Source: Psilocybe cubensis
Lineage: Eukaryota
Direction of reading: 5' to 3'
Assembly (NCBI GenBank): GCA_017499595.2
Contig: CM039000.1
Coordinates: 4,092,001 to 4,156,000 of the forward strand
DNA length: 64,000 nt
Made by a program: the position numbers and the translations under genes. Every line of letters begins with the position of its first letter. Position 1 is the first letter of the stretch. The notes under the pieces are model-generated. The model was given only the letters and a program-made list of their open reading frames with translations. It did not search any database and was not told the origin of the DNA. This document shows, piece by piece, positions 1-12,480 of the stretch.

Positions 1-1120
1 TTGTGCTAGCACAAAATTGATGGTATCAAGAAGCCCATCTAACGCACCATCCTGTGAATTGTTTCCTGTAGAGATAAACACAGTAGGCACGTTGGTGGAA
101 AGTCCTAAAGAATACTGGATATACAAATTGGCTTCCGTGCTCGGCGACAATTCCGTGTCACTTTTCCCGTCCAGTGTCTCTAGGGTGAATGTTGCATTAC
201 TCGGGACGTCTGGTCTGAATTTCTTTAGAAAGCTGGATAGATCATCAGTGCTGGGAATTTGATCAACAAATCCTGAGACGGCGAGTGTGCTGGTAGATTG
301 GGAGGTTACTGGACTAGGAAAACCATATAGCGCCTCAATGCATGCTGGAGTAACCTCAGTTGTACACGCCTGACCAGATTGCCTTGCCTTCAACGCGGTA
401 GGAGGAGAAACAGACAGAAGCGGAAGGTGTGCGAATGGACTGTCAAATCTACAATTTTATGGATAATGTCAACGTCATGTATTGCCACATACCATGGCTA
501 TATGTGTTCACGTACGTGGTAGTTGGGTGAATTGTATCGATATGTTCCTGTAACGACTTTGGAATGGAGTAGAGAAGTGTTCGAACGAACTCCGCCCCTG
601 TTTTATCGTGCTTGAAAACTTGGTAATTTGCACCAATGAGATTATTTGCCTGGTGAATTGGTACTGAGAACTGAAGCCAATCCCCTGATGGGGAAATGGG
701 AGTAGAGGAAATTCCATTTGACGTCAACCATTGATTAACCAGTGAAATTGTATCTGGGTTAGGTGCTGTGTAGGCGCTGACCTGATATGTCAAAGTCAGC
801 TAAGATCATGGTAAAGCATATCTGTCAATTATGGAGTATGATACCTGGTCTACGGTCAGATGCTTGCCGTAACGAGGCTTCCCGGGTGTGCTGACGTCCA
901 ATAGTGTATCATGGAGACCTGATATGTTATTCTGGCGAAGTCCAATACGTAGTCGAATAATCTGGGTTAAATTAGCTGGTCGATGCAATGTAAACCCCTC
1001 TGGGGCGGAGGTACGTTGGTCGTGAATAATCGTTTCCAGGAAATCTGAAGTGGATTGAGCGCTCGAAATTGTGCTTGCATAGAGGAGAGGTAAGTAGATC
1101 AGCAATCGTTGTGGAAGCAT
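1..1120 (-). CDS. Secreted S53 family (sedolisin/tripeptidyl-peptidase-like) serine peptidase precursor, 5' part; gene continues beyond position 1
   Basis: Signal peptide MLPQRLLIYLPLLYAS, propeptide motifs LRIGLRQNN, YGKHLT, YSIP..LQEHIDTIHPTT, then TPACIEALYG and EANLYIQY. GT-AG introns at about 843-783 and 514-449. Confidence 0.9.
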
Positions 1121-2898
1121 TGTGTAACGTGAGTCGGAAATTGAACTCAGAGTAGAATGTTGACTAGATTGCTCTTTAATACGCCTACGATTTAGTTAAT
1201 GGAGTAGGTATGCATCCCCTTATGTAAGTACAGTGTAGTATTTACACTGTTTGTGGTCGGTAGCAATATCTTCCGTATTAATAGGGGAACCATTCTGTGT
1301 ACATATTCGTACAGGCCTTCTCAAGTTCGACCTATAAATAATGGACATCGATTTCATTAACAAGAAATAGAAATTTCGCGGAAAAACCTTCAAAGGGTGT
1401 CATGGGCCTTCGCCAAACCCATTTTTGAAGTCGTGAATTTAATTATAAATGCCCTTTACGAAGTTCACCAGGGGTGATACATAATGCATCATAAGCATCC
1501 AGAGGGAGTGGAGAAATATCTTTCTCGTGAGAAGAAAGTTGCGTATCTTCCTCGGGAGAAGACGATGATTCGACAGAATACTGTTATCAGCAGCAGCATT
1601 CCTAGAGTTATTTACTTTTCAAATTGGAATGCATGCTAGAGCTTTGGGAAAAGATATCGTACCGTAGTTGATGTAAACTCAAATAACTCAACTTCTCAAG
1701 AGTATGACATATCGCTATCAAGGATCTGAAGTAGGTATTATTTGGATTATATGGAACTAACATTTATCATGTTGTTTACGCAGTTTCGCAATGATTTTAG
1801 TCCCTTCAGACCCGATTTCAGTCTTTTCGGCCTCGATTACGACGTTTTCAGGGATACTTCGAATTTTTTGAGTGATCAAAAAAGCAATGTTGCTTTGATT
1901 ATATTGATGATCCAACGCTCCACTGGCAGATCTTCGGAAGAATTCCTGCGGAGAAGGAAATCGTATTCAAATTTTTTGATCAAACCGTTGCAAAATTATG
2001 TCCCCTTATCTAGTGTCGTTCCCACGCTATAGCGATCTCCACCTGCGAGAGGCACGGGAGACTAATATCAGACAGATCAAAGTCGGAGTCAAAAAACGAG
2101 ATTTTTTTACACCGCTTTCATTCTCCGCCAGAGCATCTCGTGCCGAGATTATCCTTAAGCTTAAGTATGTAATATGTACATATCTGTTAATTTATCTTCT
2201 CTGCCCCATCAAATTTTTGAAATTCGTCGATTATTTTGCTTCTCGACTCAAACTCAGATTCAAAGTGCCGAAACTTTCTGTGGGGGCTTTGGTTGATTTT
2301 CCTAAATACCTATTCACATTATGATTTGACTTGAGGCTCTGCGCTTTGAACTTACGACCATGTGCCGACAACAGTTGCATAATGTTGTAGTCAAATGATT
2401 TCCAAATCCATACCCATTTCATATCATTCTGTGTGAGAAAAAACCTTTTTACAGAGAAAATAGATTCAATGAAATGTATCAAGTATCATGAGAAACGAAG
2501 CATAGGATCAATAAATCCAGCGCCCCAGGCCAATCTGAACAACTGATCCAACTCATTTTATTTTGAAATGTCCGGCAACACCGAAATATAAGTCCGATTG
2601 TATGTATATATTTTTATGCTAGGTTTGTTGATATAAACATTGCTGCGAACTTATAACTCGCGTTGTAATTGGCGGAGTCGCCCTATTAATATGACCACTG
2701 TGTATACATCTGCTCCATGAACGGAACAGAAATAGCTTTAAAGATACCGTATCTCTGTTCCTAACAGTCTGAGCCATGTGAAGAATAGTTCTTTGTTAGA
2801 TATTGATCACCAACTGAAATACATAAGCAGCAAAAACGGTTGGTCAAGGTAAGTTAGCCAGCTCAACGAATCCCTCATCTAGACAAACTCCTACCCCG

Positions 2899-4142
2899 AT
2901 GGCAGCTCTTAGTGCAAACGAGACCATTTTCCTTGGAACAGTGCTCGAATTCTGTTTCTATGGTTAGTTTTCCTGTATTGTTCCCCATTTTTGTCTCATT
3001 TTAATGTGCCCAAAGGGTTCTATTGCGTCATTTTTTCCTTATACTTACATATCATGAACAAAAGGGGCCCGATTCCCCTCAGATACCCAATATCGGCTTT
3101 GTTCGTGCTTTCCACGTTCTACGTCTGCACAGACTTTGCGTGTCAATTTATAGCTATTGTCAGTGGATTCGCTGAATATGTTCCATAGTAACAAGGGTGA
3201 CAGCTATTCATTGCTTCAGTTCCGTCCCACAAGTCAAAAAGGAGCTGTTGCGGTATATGCAATTACAGTGGCAGGCGATGCTCTTTATTCATTTATCGAC
3301 GTTATTTCTCAAGGTGTTTTGGTACGATTGCGCATTTTACACGAGTTTTACAAGTATTCGACTTTCTTCAATTCACAGATATACAGATGCTGGATCATGT
3401 GGAACAAAAGGCTATCCTTTATTGTCCTACCCTCACTATTAGCCACCACCTCCTTTGGTATTTGAGTATTCCTTCTATTTAGACTGTATGGAAACTGATA
3501 TATTGACGTCATATATTACTTATCAGTCCTCGCAATCACCACAACGATCCAGTACCTCGTTTTGGGACCTAATGACACAGGTGCCCGAGTCCCTTCATGG
3601 TGGTTCAAACTTGCCCTCGCATCCTTCTCCATCTCCCTCTGCGTCAACGCCGCTGTAACATCACTGCTTGTATTAAAAATCGTTCTTCTCCACCGCTCCC
3701 AGTCCCTCGATGGACCTCCGACAATAGGCTCGTACAAACTCCGCCCGCTTATCTCGATCATTGTGGAGTCCGGCATGTCCACGCTCATTGCCCAGACGTT
3801 GTGGGTGGTGTTCGTGCAACTGGAGATATCGGGAAACCCTGGATTTTCCGCTATTTCTGGTCCTACTACCATGATCTATGTGCGTATTTCTTTTGCACTG
3901 GGTTGTTAGTACAGCGTTGGATTAATTATCTATTGGGATAGGGGATTACTCCAACCCTTGTCCTGGTGCGGTCTGCCATGGGCAGGTCTTACGATAGTAC
4001 AATAATGGATGGACATATAGTGTTCAAGTCTGAGAACTCCACTGGGATACATACATTTTCGAGATGTGACCACCTCAACATGATGGCTGCAGATGAAGGG
4101 AGCTTCAGTGCTGAACAGAACGTTGACAAACAAAACATATGA
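2899..4142 (+). CDS. Multi-pass (about 7 TM) membrane protein of an agaricomycete-expanded family
   Basis: Spliced model MAALSANETIFLGTVLEFCFY|GFYCVIF...|IYRCWIMWN...IIVESGM...|GITPTLVLVR. Hydrophobic helices and short GT-AG introns; stop TGA 4140-4142. Confidence 0.8.
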
Positions 4143-5568
4143 AACCGACGAGTAGTACCAGTGCACGTTTGATGAAAAATTCTCGCAGATCACGTCTGAC
4201 TCTTAGTTAGAATCATTTTGTAGTTGCTATTATTTAATCTCTCGGGAGAGTTTCGGCAGGGAACAAAATCGGAGTCAAATTTTCTGGACCGAAACCCTAG
4301 GTTCGTGACCAACCTTTTTGATAAATTAGCTTTTCGAAGTCCGAACCTAGGATCGACGCTCGTACACCAGTTGTTTCTAACTCCGCCTATTTCTAGCTCC
4401 GCTCGGTGAATTTTATCATAAAAAACCTCTCTAGTTGAGCGGATTGCTTTTTTTTTTCACTATTCCCGAGTCACAAAACGATGATTCCCTCAAATCCGGA
4501 CCATTTGTCCCAGGCCTTGTGTGAATATCTCTCTTTTCGCAATCCGATCAATGTTTGACGGCATAATCAAAACAACATTTGTACAAACACATCACTCGGT
4601 ACCTGCCTTATCTAGAAAAGAGACGAGTCTAAGATTCACAGAAGCCTGGCTCGCGAGCGAGGCTCGTCCCAACCGTCAAACTCGGGCCAGTGAGTAAACA
4701 TCGTGCGAGCCTTCGAGTTTCCCATTGAACCAGAACGACATTCTGGCTGCAAAGCGTCAGCGGTCCTTCAACCCTATGAACCTCGAGGAGGTATCAACTA
4801 TCATGCCCCTCAAATCACCTTCTCGCGCTTTGATGGCTTTCAGGAGGTTTCTCGCCCACAATGAAACTTGACATACCTCTATCTTCTTCACTTCTTGAAT
4901 AGTGAATAGTTGGCTTCGAAGTCAAGGTCGACTCGGTCAGTGCGCATATATTTGATTATGGTTACAAATTTACAGTTTCGTATCAGTTCTGGATCCCCCG
5001 TTCAAGTTCAAACACCCGATTCTCGAGAAGTGACTGAGTAGGACATGAAAGGAGGAGAAATGGGTCCAGTACTAGAGCATCGGTGGGTCATCTACTCGCT
5101 ATTGCGTCATGTTAGACCGGTTCTCGGTTCTCGTTCACGCGCGTCCACATCCTTCCTATGCATCACTGGATGCGGTACTTCCCCCAAGACAATAAGTAAT
5201 CCTATTTTCTGCGTTCGTCGCTCATCCTACCAACGACTTCAAACCCTGTAAGAGGTGCGTTAGGAGGCGGCACCTTGCCATTACTTGTTGGAATGTCAGG
5301 CAGGAATCGAAAGGTAGGGTCAACATGGAACCCCGTAAGACCTGAGGCGGAGGTTTGGGTTATTTCTGATTTGACTCACTGTGGTATAGTGGATAGGTTT
5401 ACCTACGACCAGTTCAACTAACCGTTCATGATTCACCAGAATTGCACTGCTTCACTCGCGTTATTTCTAGCTAATCTCGCCGAGACAAATGGACTTTACG
5501 AACGCGTGGTTCAATGATGGAGGTTGAATTTTTATTTTGCAATCCCATTGGTCTGTAGTTGACAAACG

Positions 5569-6921
5569 CTATGGCCCCCCATCTATCAACCTCTTCGCAC
5601 GGATCCAAGCAGCAAATGCCATGAATAACTGCACCTTTGGGAAACGCTCGCAAAAGACCAATAGCGCTCCTAGCTGTGCTTCCTCTGTTGTACCACACGC
5701 TTTTAGAAGCTTGGCCAAATCCACCGGACACAGATATGGAGGCTGTCTGACGTCCTCGATCACAGTGCCACTTCCTTGCATGATGCACGCATAGTACACG
5801 CAGTGGTCCATTCCAAAGCAGTGCCCTAGCTCATGGCTTGACGTACGACAGACTCGCGCCAGCCAGGTGCCTGTGATGATGTCCTGTGGTGAACTATTGG
5901 TGAGGGGAGGTGTGTTAACGTACGCCAAAAGAGCCGCGCGCATCGGTGACGTGGCGTTCTGGTCGTCTTGTACATTCAAGTCAGAGTCGACCTTGGACTT
6001 TTTCTTTGGGCGCTTTGTTGAATCTGAGGCATCGATGCATTTCATGATGTATGATTGGCAGTGTGAAGCCGGCCAAGCGTGTTCCCGTTCTACTTCCTGG
6101 ATACCATCCAATGCTGGGTTATACCTTGCTGTAGATATGACGGAAATACGACTTGCACCGTACGCGCGCCCGCACACAAACTCGTCGTCGTCATCCTCGT
6201 ACAAATCATGGTTGACGAGTAGAAGGATGGCGTATGCATCCTCTGGAAGTATCTCAATGGCTGCCTCTAGTATGTCGTCGAGATTGAGCTGAGCTGGGTA
6301 AACATCATCTGGAGAAGGGCGAGCGCGGATGCCAATGCATTCGGTTTGACACGCTAATCCAATTCGGGTGGGTATTTTTGTTTTCATTTTTGAAGAAGCT
6401 CGCTTCAATTTCGGGGGATCATCCTCCCAACTTGTGAACCGCAGCTTCGTGGGTAGCGATTTAACCTGCATGCCATGGTAGAACGCTCCGAGATAGAGGA
6501 CAACATCATCAATTTTTGGGGCTGAGCAGGTCCCTGACATTGACGTTTTATTGGGATTGGGATTACACCATGTTTGGATGTAACCGACGTCTGAGTCAAC
6601 TTCTGGAGGGTATGCCACGTAGAGTACATTCCTCTGTGGGGTTACCTTGTTGCGATTCTTTTCCCTTGTCCATGATCGAAAACTTTGCGGAGGGCATCTG
6701 GGATCGTTTGAGAGGTCGTCATTGGGCAAGATAAGGGGTGCAGGGAAAGTTGACGGCGCTATTTCATCGTCGATGGCATGTGATGATAATCCATTTTTCC
6801 TGTTTCCTGTAAGAGTAACGGAAGCAGCGGCTGCCCGCTGCATGGCCGAAGGTCTCTTGAAACCCACACTTGCAGCATTAGTGCATGGTTCGAAAATGAG
6901 ACTAGTGTGTTTGCATGCCAT
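5569..6921 (-). CDS. Archaemetzincin-like zinc metallopeptidase (M54), intronless
   Basis: HELGHCFGMDHCVYYACIMQGS...PPYLCPVD matches the archaemetzincin HExxHxxGxxHCxxxxCxM...CP motif; DLYEDDDDEFVCGRA upstream. First ATG at 6921. Confidence 0.9.
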   Translation of the reverse strand: MACKHTSLIFEPCTNAASVGFKRPSAMQRAAAASVTLTGNRKNGLSSHAIDDEIAPSTFPAPLILPNDDLSNDPRCPPQSFRSWTREKNRNKVTPQRNVLYVAYPPEVDSDVGYIQTWCNPNPNKTSMSGTCSAPKIDDVVLYLGAFYHGMQVKSLPTKLRFTSWEDDPPKLKRASSKMKTKIPTRIGLACQTECIGIRARPSPDDVYPAQLNLDDILEAAIEILPEDAYAILLLVNHDLYEDDDDEFVCGRAYGASRISVISTARYNPALDGIQEVEREHAWPASHCQSYIMKCIDASDSTKRPKKKSKVDSDLNVQDDQNATSPMRAALLAYVNTPPLTNSSPQDIITGTWLARVCRTSSHELGHCFGMDHCVYYACIMQGSGTVIEDVRQPPYLCPVDLAKLLKACGTTEEAQLGALLVFCERFPKVQLFMAFAAWIRAKRLIDGGP

Positions 6922-7537
6922 TCGGTTTAGATGATTAAGCGCGTCGCAAGTTGTGGACGCGAACAATTGTCCTCAATTGTGTGGATGATTCCAGATCCGA
7001 TGAGTATGAGTCACAACACAAGTTTTCGGTTGGGCTGCATGTAAGCGTTGAATTTAATTTGAGTTTGATGCAAACATTGGCCGGGCCTGCCGGACCGGCA
7101 ACTTCCTGGGAAAAAATAGGTTTACCATGTGTTTGTCGGGAGATAGGTGAAAGCAGCTAACAAGTCAACCACTAAATAATCTTTAATCGGGTCCTGGTCG
7201 GCTCCACATAAAATGAAGTACTAGAAGCAAAGCAAGGTGAAATTTGTAAATCGATTTACCCTCTTTTTCTGCCCCTTCAAAGCTTCAATTGATATGATGA
7301 AGAACCTGGGTAGAATGGAGAAGGCCTTTGGTTACAAGAAGAAGATGTCAAATGATGCGAACTTGACTATTCTGCCTCTATTCAGTTGTTAGCAGCGCAG
7401 CAAAGGATGCGAATATATGATTAATGATTTCTCATCTTGACCGGATTGCATAAAATGTGAACGCACCTCGTCGTATAACAGAACGAAATACTCCTTTGTG
7501 TGGTCCAAGTCCCCATAACATCTCTTCTTTTCCTGAA

Positions 7538-8991
7538 ATGCGTATGAGTAAGTTTTTCACAACTTTTCGTAGTTCATCCCTGTGCTCACACACATATTCA
7601 GTTAATCTCACAGATCCGGGGAACGAGTCCTATCTCGCTCCCATTTTATATCGATACGATTACATGGCTGGCTGTCCAGACTTATCGCCAACTCAAATAC
7701 GCGATATCTTAGAGTCTTGTGACAAAAGCGCTGGAAAACCTCTCTCACCATTCCCTCGTTTAGTAATCGACGACTCATCGAAGATGACCGAGAACAGCAT
7801 CAAGTTATATCCCGCGGCTGCAGGTCTTCCCTGGCATTCTACTATTCTAGCTCTGAGGCAGACCAAGCATTGGAAAGCCGCAATATCTATGGTCACAAAG
7901 CTGCTAAATCTATTTGCAGAGGACGACATTTCCAATACAACTCTTTACAGAGGGTCCAAGTCATATGCAAATATTGCGAAAAGGGAGATACATGATATAA
8001 ACCACAATTGGTCCCGGTTCCTTTTGTTTGCGTGGCCAGGCGCCGATGAGAAAAGGATAGAGCTAATCTCAGCTACTCTGACCTTTGTGTTCCTCTTTGA
8101 TGGTAAGGTATGATTAAATCGTATTAGATCAAAGTCTAATTGTCTTCAAGATGTTTGGGAAATGCAGGACGAAGAAACAGTGCGTTATTTAAACCTAAAA
8201 TTATTGATTTGGCAACGTAATAGAGCTAACTCTACGAGCAGGTTCGCATTATTCAGGCCGAATTTATTTCTTGCCTGACGCTACCGGACTCTGAGATTTC
8301 TCTATTCAAGAGGGAGCGGAGCCTCACACCCCTCCAGGCTATGATTACTCAAGTTATACAAGGGATTTATGATGAAGACCAGAAAGGCGGAAATGGCGGC
8401 AAGGACGTAGTGAAGTGTCTGATCGATTTTATCAACCACCCTCCCCCTGCCAAGGAGTACCATACACTCAAGGAGTTTCTAGATTATCGCATAGTTGATG
8501 CTGCTGCGGAGTAAGCTGCTTTGATACTTTTCAAAGCTAGGCAACTGACATATGAAAACTATATCAGATACGTCTTTGCATGTGCCAAGTTCTCCATCCA
8601 TTCGAGTGTTCAAATGGACAGCCCAAGCATTAAACGGTTCATTAGACTTGCTTCAGAACATATATGTTACTCTAACGACCTTGGTTCGTACGATAAGGAG
8701 AAGGAGGCTTATGATGAAGGACATGTCTTGTACTTGATCAACGCGGTTGACATGGTGAAGAAGGTGTTCAAGCTTCCAGATGATGCCACTGCAAAGTCAG
8801 CTACACTTGCACTTCAAAAGCAGACCGAGATGGAACTCGGAAGGGAGCTTGAACACCTTCGTGCATCGGGTGAAGCTACTGCCCAGGAACTTGAATATTG
8901 CGAAGCTGTAATATATGCAATGATGGGAAATACGTTTGCCTCGGTGGTCATGTCCCGTTATGGGGGGGACGTCACTAGACTTAAATCTTGA
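7538..8991 (+). CDS. Class I terpene synthase, paralogue 1 (TS1), 5 exons, about 410 aa
   Basis: Exons about 7538-7547, 7602-8102, 8151-8179, 8242-8511, 8568-8991 give FLFDDVWEMQD (DDxxE), YRIVDAAA, NDLGSYDKE (NSE motif) and SRYGG (RY pair). Confidence 0.9.
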
Positions 8992-10316
8992 TTTGTTTTC
9001 GAAAGTATAGTTATCATAATATGATCACTGTTCCAAATCATATGTACTTGAACTCACAAAAAATAGGACATACGTCTCAATATGTAATTATATTTAGCCT
9101 CGGATGGTTTTTCCACCGACAACTTCAAGCGAGTGGAAGCTCAGGCTGTCGCGGCGTACCCATTGACAAGAAAGATATTTGCTTCGTTGGTTATATCCAG
9201 CTAAAGGTAAGCATGGGGTCAAGTCACTTGACATAAATCCTTTGTGCACTTATTCTTGGTATCAGTGGTATCTAGATAAAAAAATATGAATGAATATAGG
9301 TCATATAACAATCTTTCGTTGGGCCAGGTTGTTTTGCCAGAATTACAACGAAGAGGCTTTTTGCATTCGTATACTCTAGCATATAGTGTATCATTTACAC
9401 AGACAAATTGAGAGCCACTTAAGGATTCAATAATTACTGTGGGACTTGACGTTATAGCCACATCCCACTAAAATTCCTTACAACTTCCTCTCGCTTGTGT
9501 TGGACTTGAAACAGTGACCGGGTACTTTCATAGTTAAGATATCTTGTGGTGGGCGCAATGGTGCATGCGGCTGGATAGTGTCATTTTAGGCCAAAGGTTG
9601 TCGTTGAACTACATCTTCCTGGATAATTTCACTTCGCAGGGCCCTAGCAAGCCAGCTACTACATTCTGTCTAAGCCACAGTGCAGACTTGTCCTGTGGTG
9701 TAAATGTGATGGGGATGCAAGAAACGAAAACGTTATTTTTGAATAGTACTGAAAGGAAAAAATATCTCTCACAAATCATTGGTGTATCTTTCTCGGTTAC
9801 GTAAAGTAAAGGTGAACGAAGAGAAGAATCGGATGATTTTCCGTAGATCCGAACATCATAATAGATAGCATGAATGATTGAATCTGCACAGTAAGCTTTT
9901 ACATTTAGGGGTGAGACAAAGTTACACTCATAATTAGATATGTGCATCGCTGCTGTACCTGTATTTTAATATTACTATTATAAGTTTGATAAAAGTAGAA
10001 GTACCTAATCTTGTGACTGTCTGTAAAATAGGTCTTGAATATGTTGCTATACAAACCCGATTAAAATAATATAGAACATTATGAAAAAATAACTGGAAAA
10101 TTACCCCACTTTCAACCAAGAGAAGACAAGAAGTCACCGACTTGCCATTATGGTTTGCTGGTCATCACCCCAAGAAAACATATGGTAGATTATCAATAAT
10201 AGATTATCATCTCTAGTAATTGGTGTCAAGTCGGGCCGTATGACACTATAAAGTCGAAGCTGTGGAGGTTTTTACCGTCCTATCGTTCTCCGTATAGCTT
10301 CTCTGTTTTTTCCAAA

Positions 10317-11765
10317 ATGCACATCAGTGGGTCGTTTATATTTTCTAAGTAAGTTTGTACTTACATAGAATTTTAGAAGACTTAGTAGCACCTGAAGATG
10401 CGGAATTTGTCTCTCCAATACACTATATATACGATTACATGTCCGGGTGTCCAGACTTATCGCCAACGCAGACGTCTGATATAATGGGTGGTCTTGAAAC
10501 AGACTCTGGTAAAAAGCAACGACCAGTCCCTCGTTTATTGGTCGACGACAAACCAGTCATTCAACAAAACAGCGTCGCGCTATATCCTGCACCTGCCGGT
10601 ATTCCTTGGCACACTACTATTCCCCTGCTCAGACACAACAAGCATTGGGCATCTGCAGTGTCCATGGCCCGAAAGCTTCTCACCTTGTTTTCGGAGGACG
10701 ATACTGCAAATACGACATTACGCAGAGGATCGAAGTCGTATGCGGATATCGCAAAAATCGAATTAAACGCTCTGGATCGTAACTGGTGTTTGTTTCTTTT
10801 CTATTTGTGGCCCGCCGCTGATGAGAGGAGGCTGGAGTTGATTACGGCCGCAATCGTCTTTGTGTTTATTTTTGACGGTACGCTAATATTGACTGCTCGT
10901 GGTGGAAAGTTTACTAATTAAGTTGCAGATGTTTGGGAGATGAAGAATGAAGAAACAGTGAGCGTTATATACACATTTGGCATATCTTAACATGAAATCA
11001 AACTAACGATCACTACAGATTCGAATCATTCAGAAGGAGTTCGTCGCTTGTCTGAAATTACCTGACCCAGGGGACGTACTAGCGCAAGATGGAGAGAACG
11101 TCACTCCATTACAAGAAATGATATCCACGATCATACGAGGATTTGAAGAAGAAGATTCCGAATGCGGGAATGGCGGGAAGGATGTCATCAAGTGGCTTAT
11201 CGAGTTTATCAATCATCCACCCCCAACCAAAGAATTCGAGACACTCAGAGAGTTTCTAGACTATCGAATAGACGATGCTGCCGCCCAGTAAATATTCTTC
11301 ATTTCTCCTTGAAAAAACCTAACTAACAAATGTAAATTAAGGTTTGTCTTTGCGTGCGTCAAATTCTCGTTGCGCTCCAGTGTGCAGATGGACAGTCCAA
11401 GGATAGAGAAATTCATGAAAATCGCGTCGGACCACGTATGCTACGCAAATGACCTCGGATCGCACGATAAGGAGAAAAAGGCCTATATTCGCGGGGATGT
11501 ACTGTACTTCATCAACGCAGTCGATATGGTGAAAAAGGTGTTCCATCTTCCTGATGACGACGCTGCAAAGTCGGCCACGCTTGTTCTTCAGATGCAGACC
11601 GAGATTGAGCTGGGAAGGGAACTAGAGCGTTTGCGCGCATCGAGTGACGTTACGGTTGAGGAGCTTGAATACGTGGAGTCTGTGGTGTACGCATTGACGG
11701 GGAACATCTTTTGTTCAGTGGTCATGTCCCGCTATGGAGGGGAGGACACTAAACTTGAAATTTAA
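10317..11765 (+). CDS. Class I terpene synthase, paralogue 2 (TS2), 5 exons
   Basis: MHI|KDLVAPED...FIFD|DVWEMKNEET|...YRIDDAAAQ|...NDLGSHDKE...SRYGG; same intron positions as TS1. Confidence 0.9.
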
Positions 11766-11932
11766 GTAATAGAACATATTATGTTTGAAAATATAATGCC
11801 TTTTATTTCTTCCCAGAAGTTGACTGAAAGGGACATTGTTTCAAATATCTACGTGGTAGGTTTTGCACCAACTCCTTCGACTCAGTTCATATACATCTTG
11901 CATTGTAGTCCACGATACCTAACAATCACGAC

Positions 11933-12480
11933 TCACTTAGTCAGCTCAGAATATAACCATGCAGATTTCTTACCATGGTCATCAAGAATTTGTTTCACCC
12001 TTGCATCCGCTTCCGAGGGCGACGGTTTAGGCACATCATCTATGTTCATATCCGACCTGCCAGCAAACCTCGCACGTCGACTCATAACCATCAACTCGAA
12101 GGGTTCTTCATATCCTACCTGCCTCATATTGAAGCCCGCGTCAGTGTACACATTGCTCATCTTAGTAAATGACGAGGAGATAAGGCAGAGTAGCAAAGTG
12201 ATGTTGGTCTAAAAGAAGACTAGGGGTGTATGAATGAGCCGTAACCGTATGAATGTACTGAATGTGGTGCAACGGAGCCGAGTGCGAACAAATTTATTCC
12301 AATCACTGGACAATTAGCCATGCAAATGTAGTAGCATAGAAGTACAACTCACAAGTAGCCACTCTGACCTTATATTTTTCCTCTTCGAAGTACCCACACA
12401 AAGTCCAACAGTCTTCCTGCCCCTTTACATTTGACGGTAAATGGGATAAGCAGCAGCTCTCATTCCACCGTATCGAACAA
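11933..12480 (-). pseudogene. Fragment of an unidentified spliced gene
   Basis: Two exon-like segments ending at GTGAGT donors (…YKVRVAT and …WLYSELTK). Upstream frames contain stops; no recognisable family. Confidence 0.3.

Noticed and set aside
1740-2500. AT-rich tract with short ORFs and a few words shared with 4250-4480
   Set aside because: No terminal repeats or coherent gene could be defined; a transposon relic is possible but unsupported.
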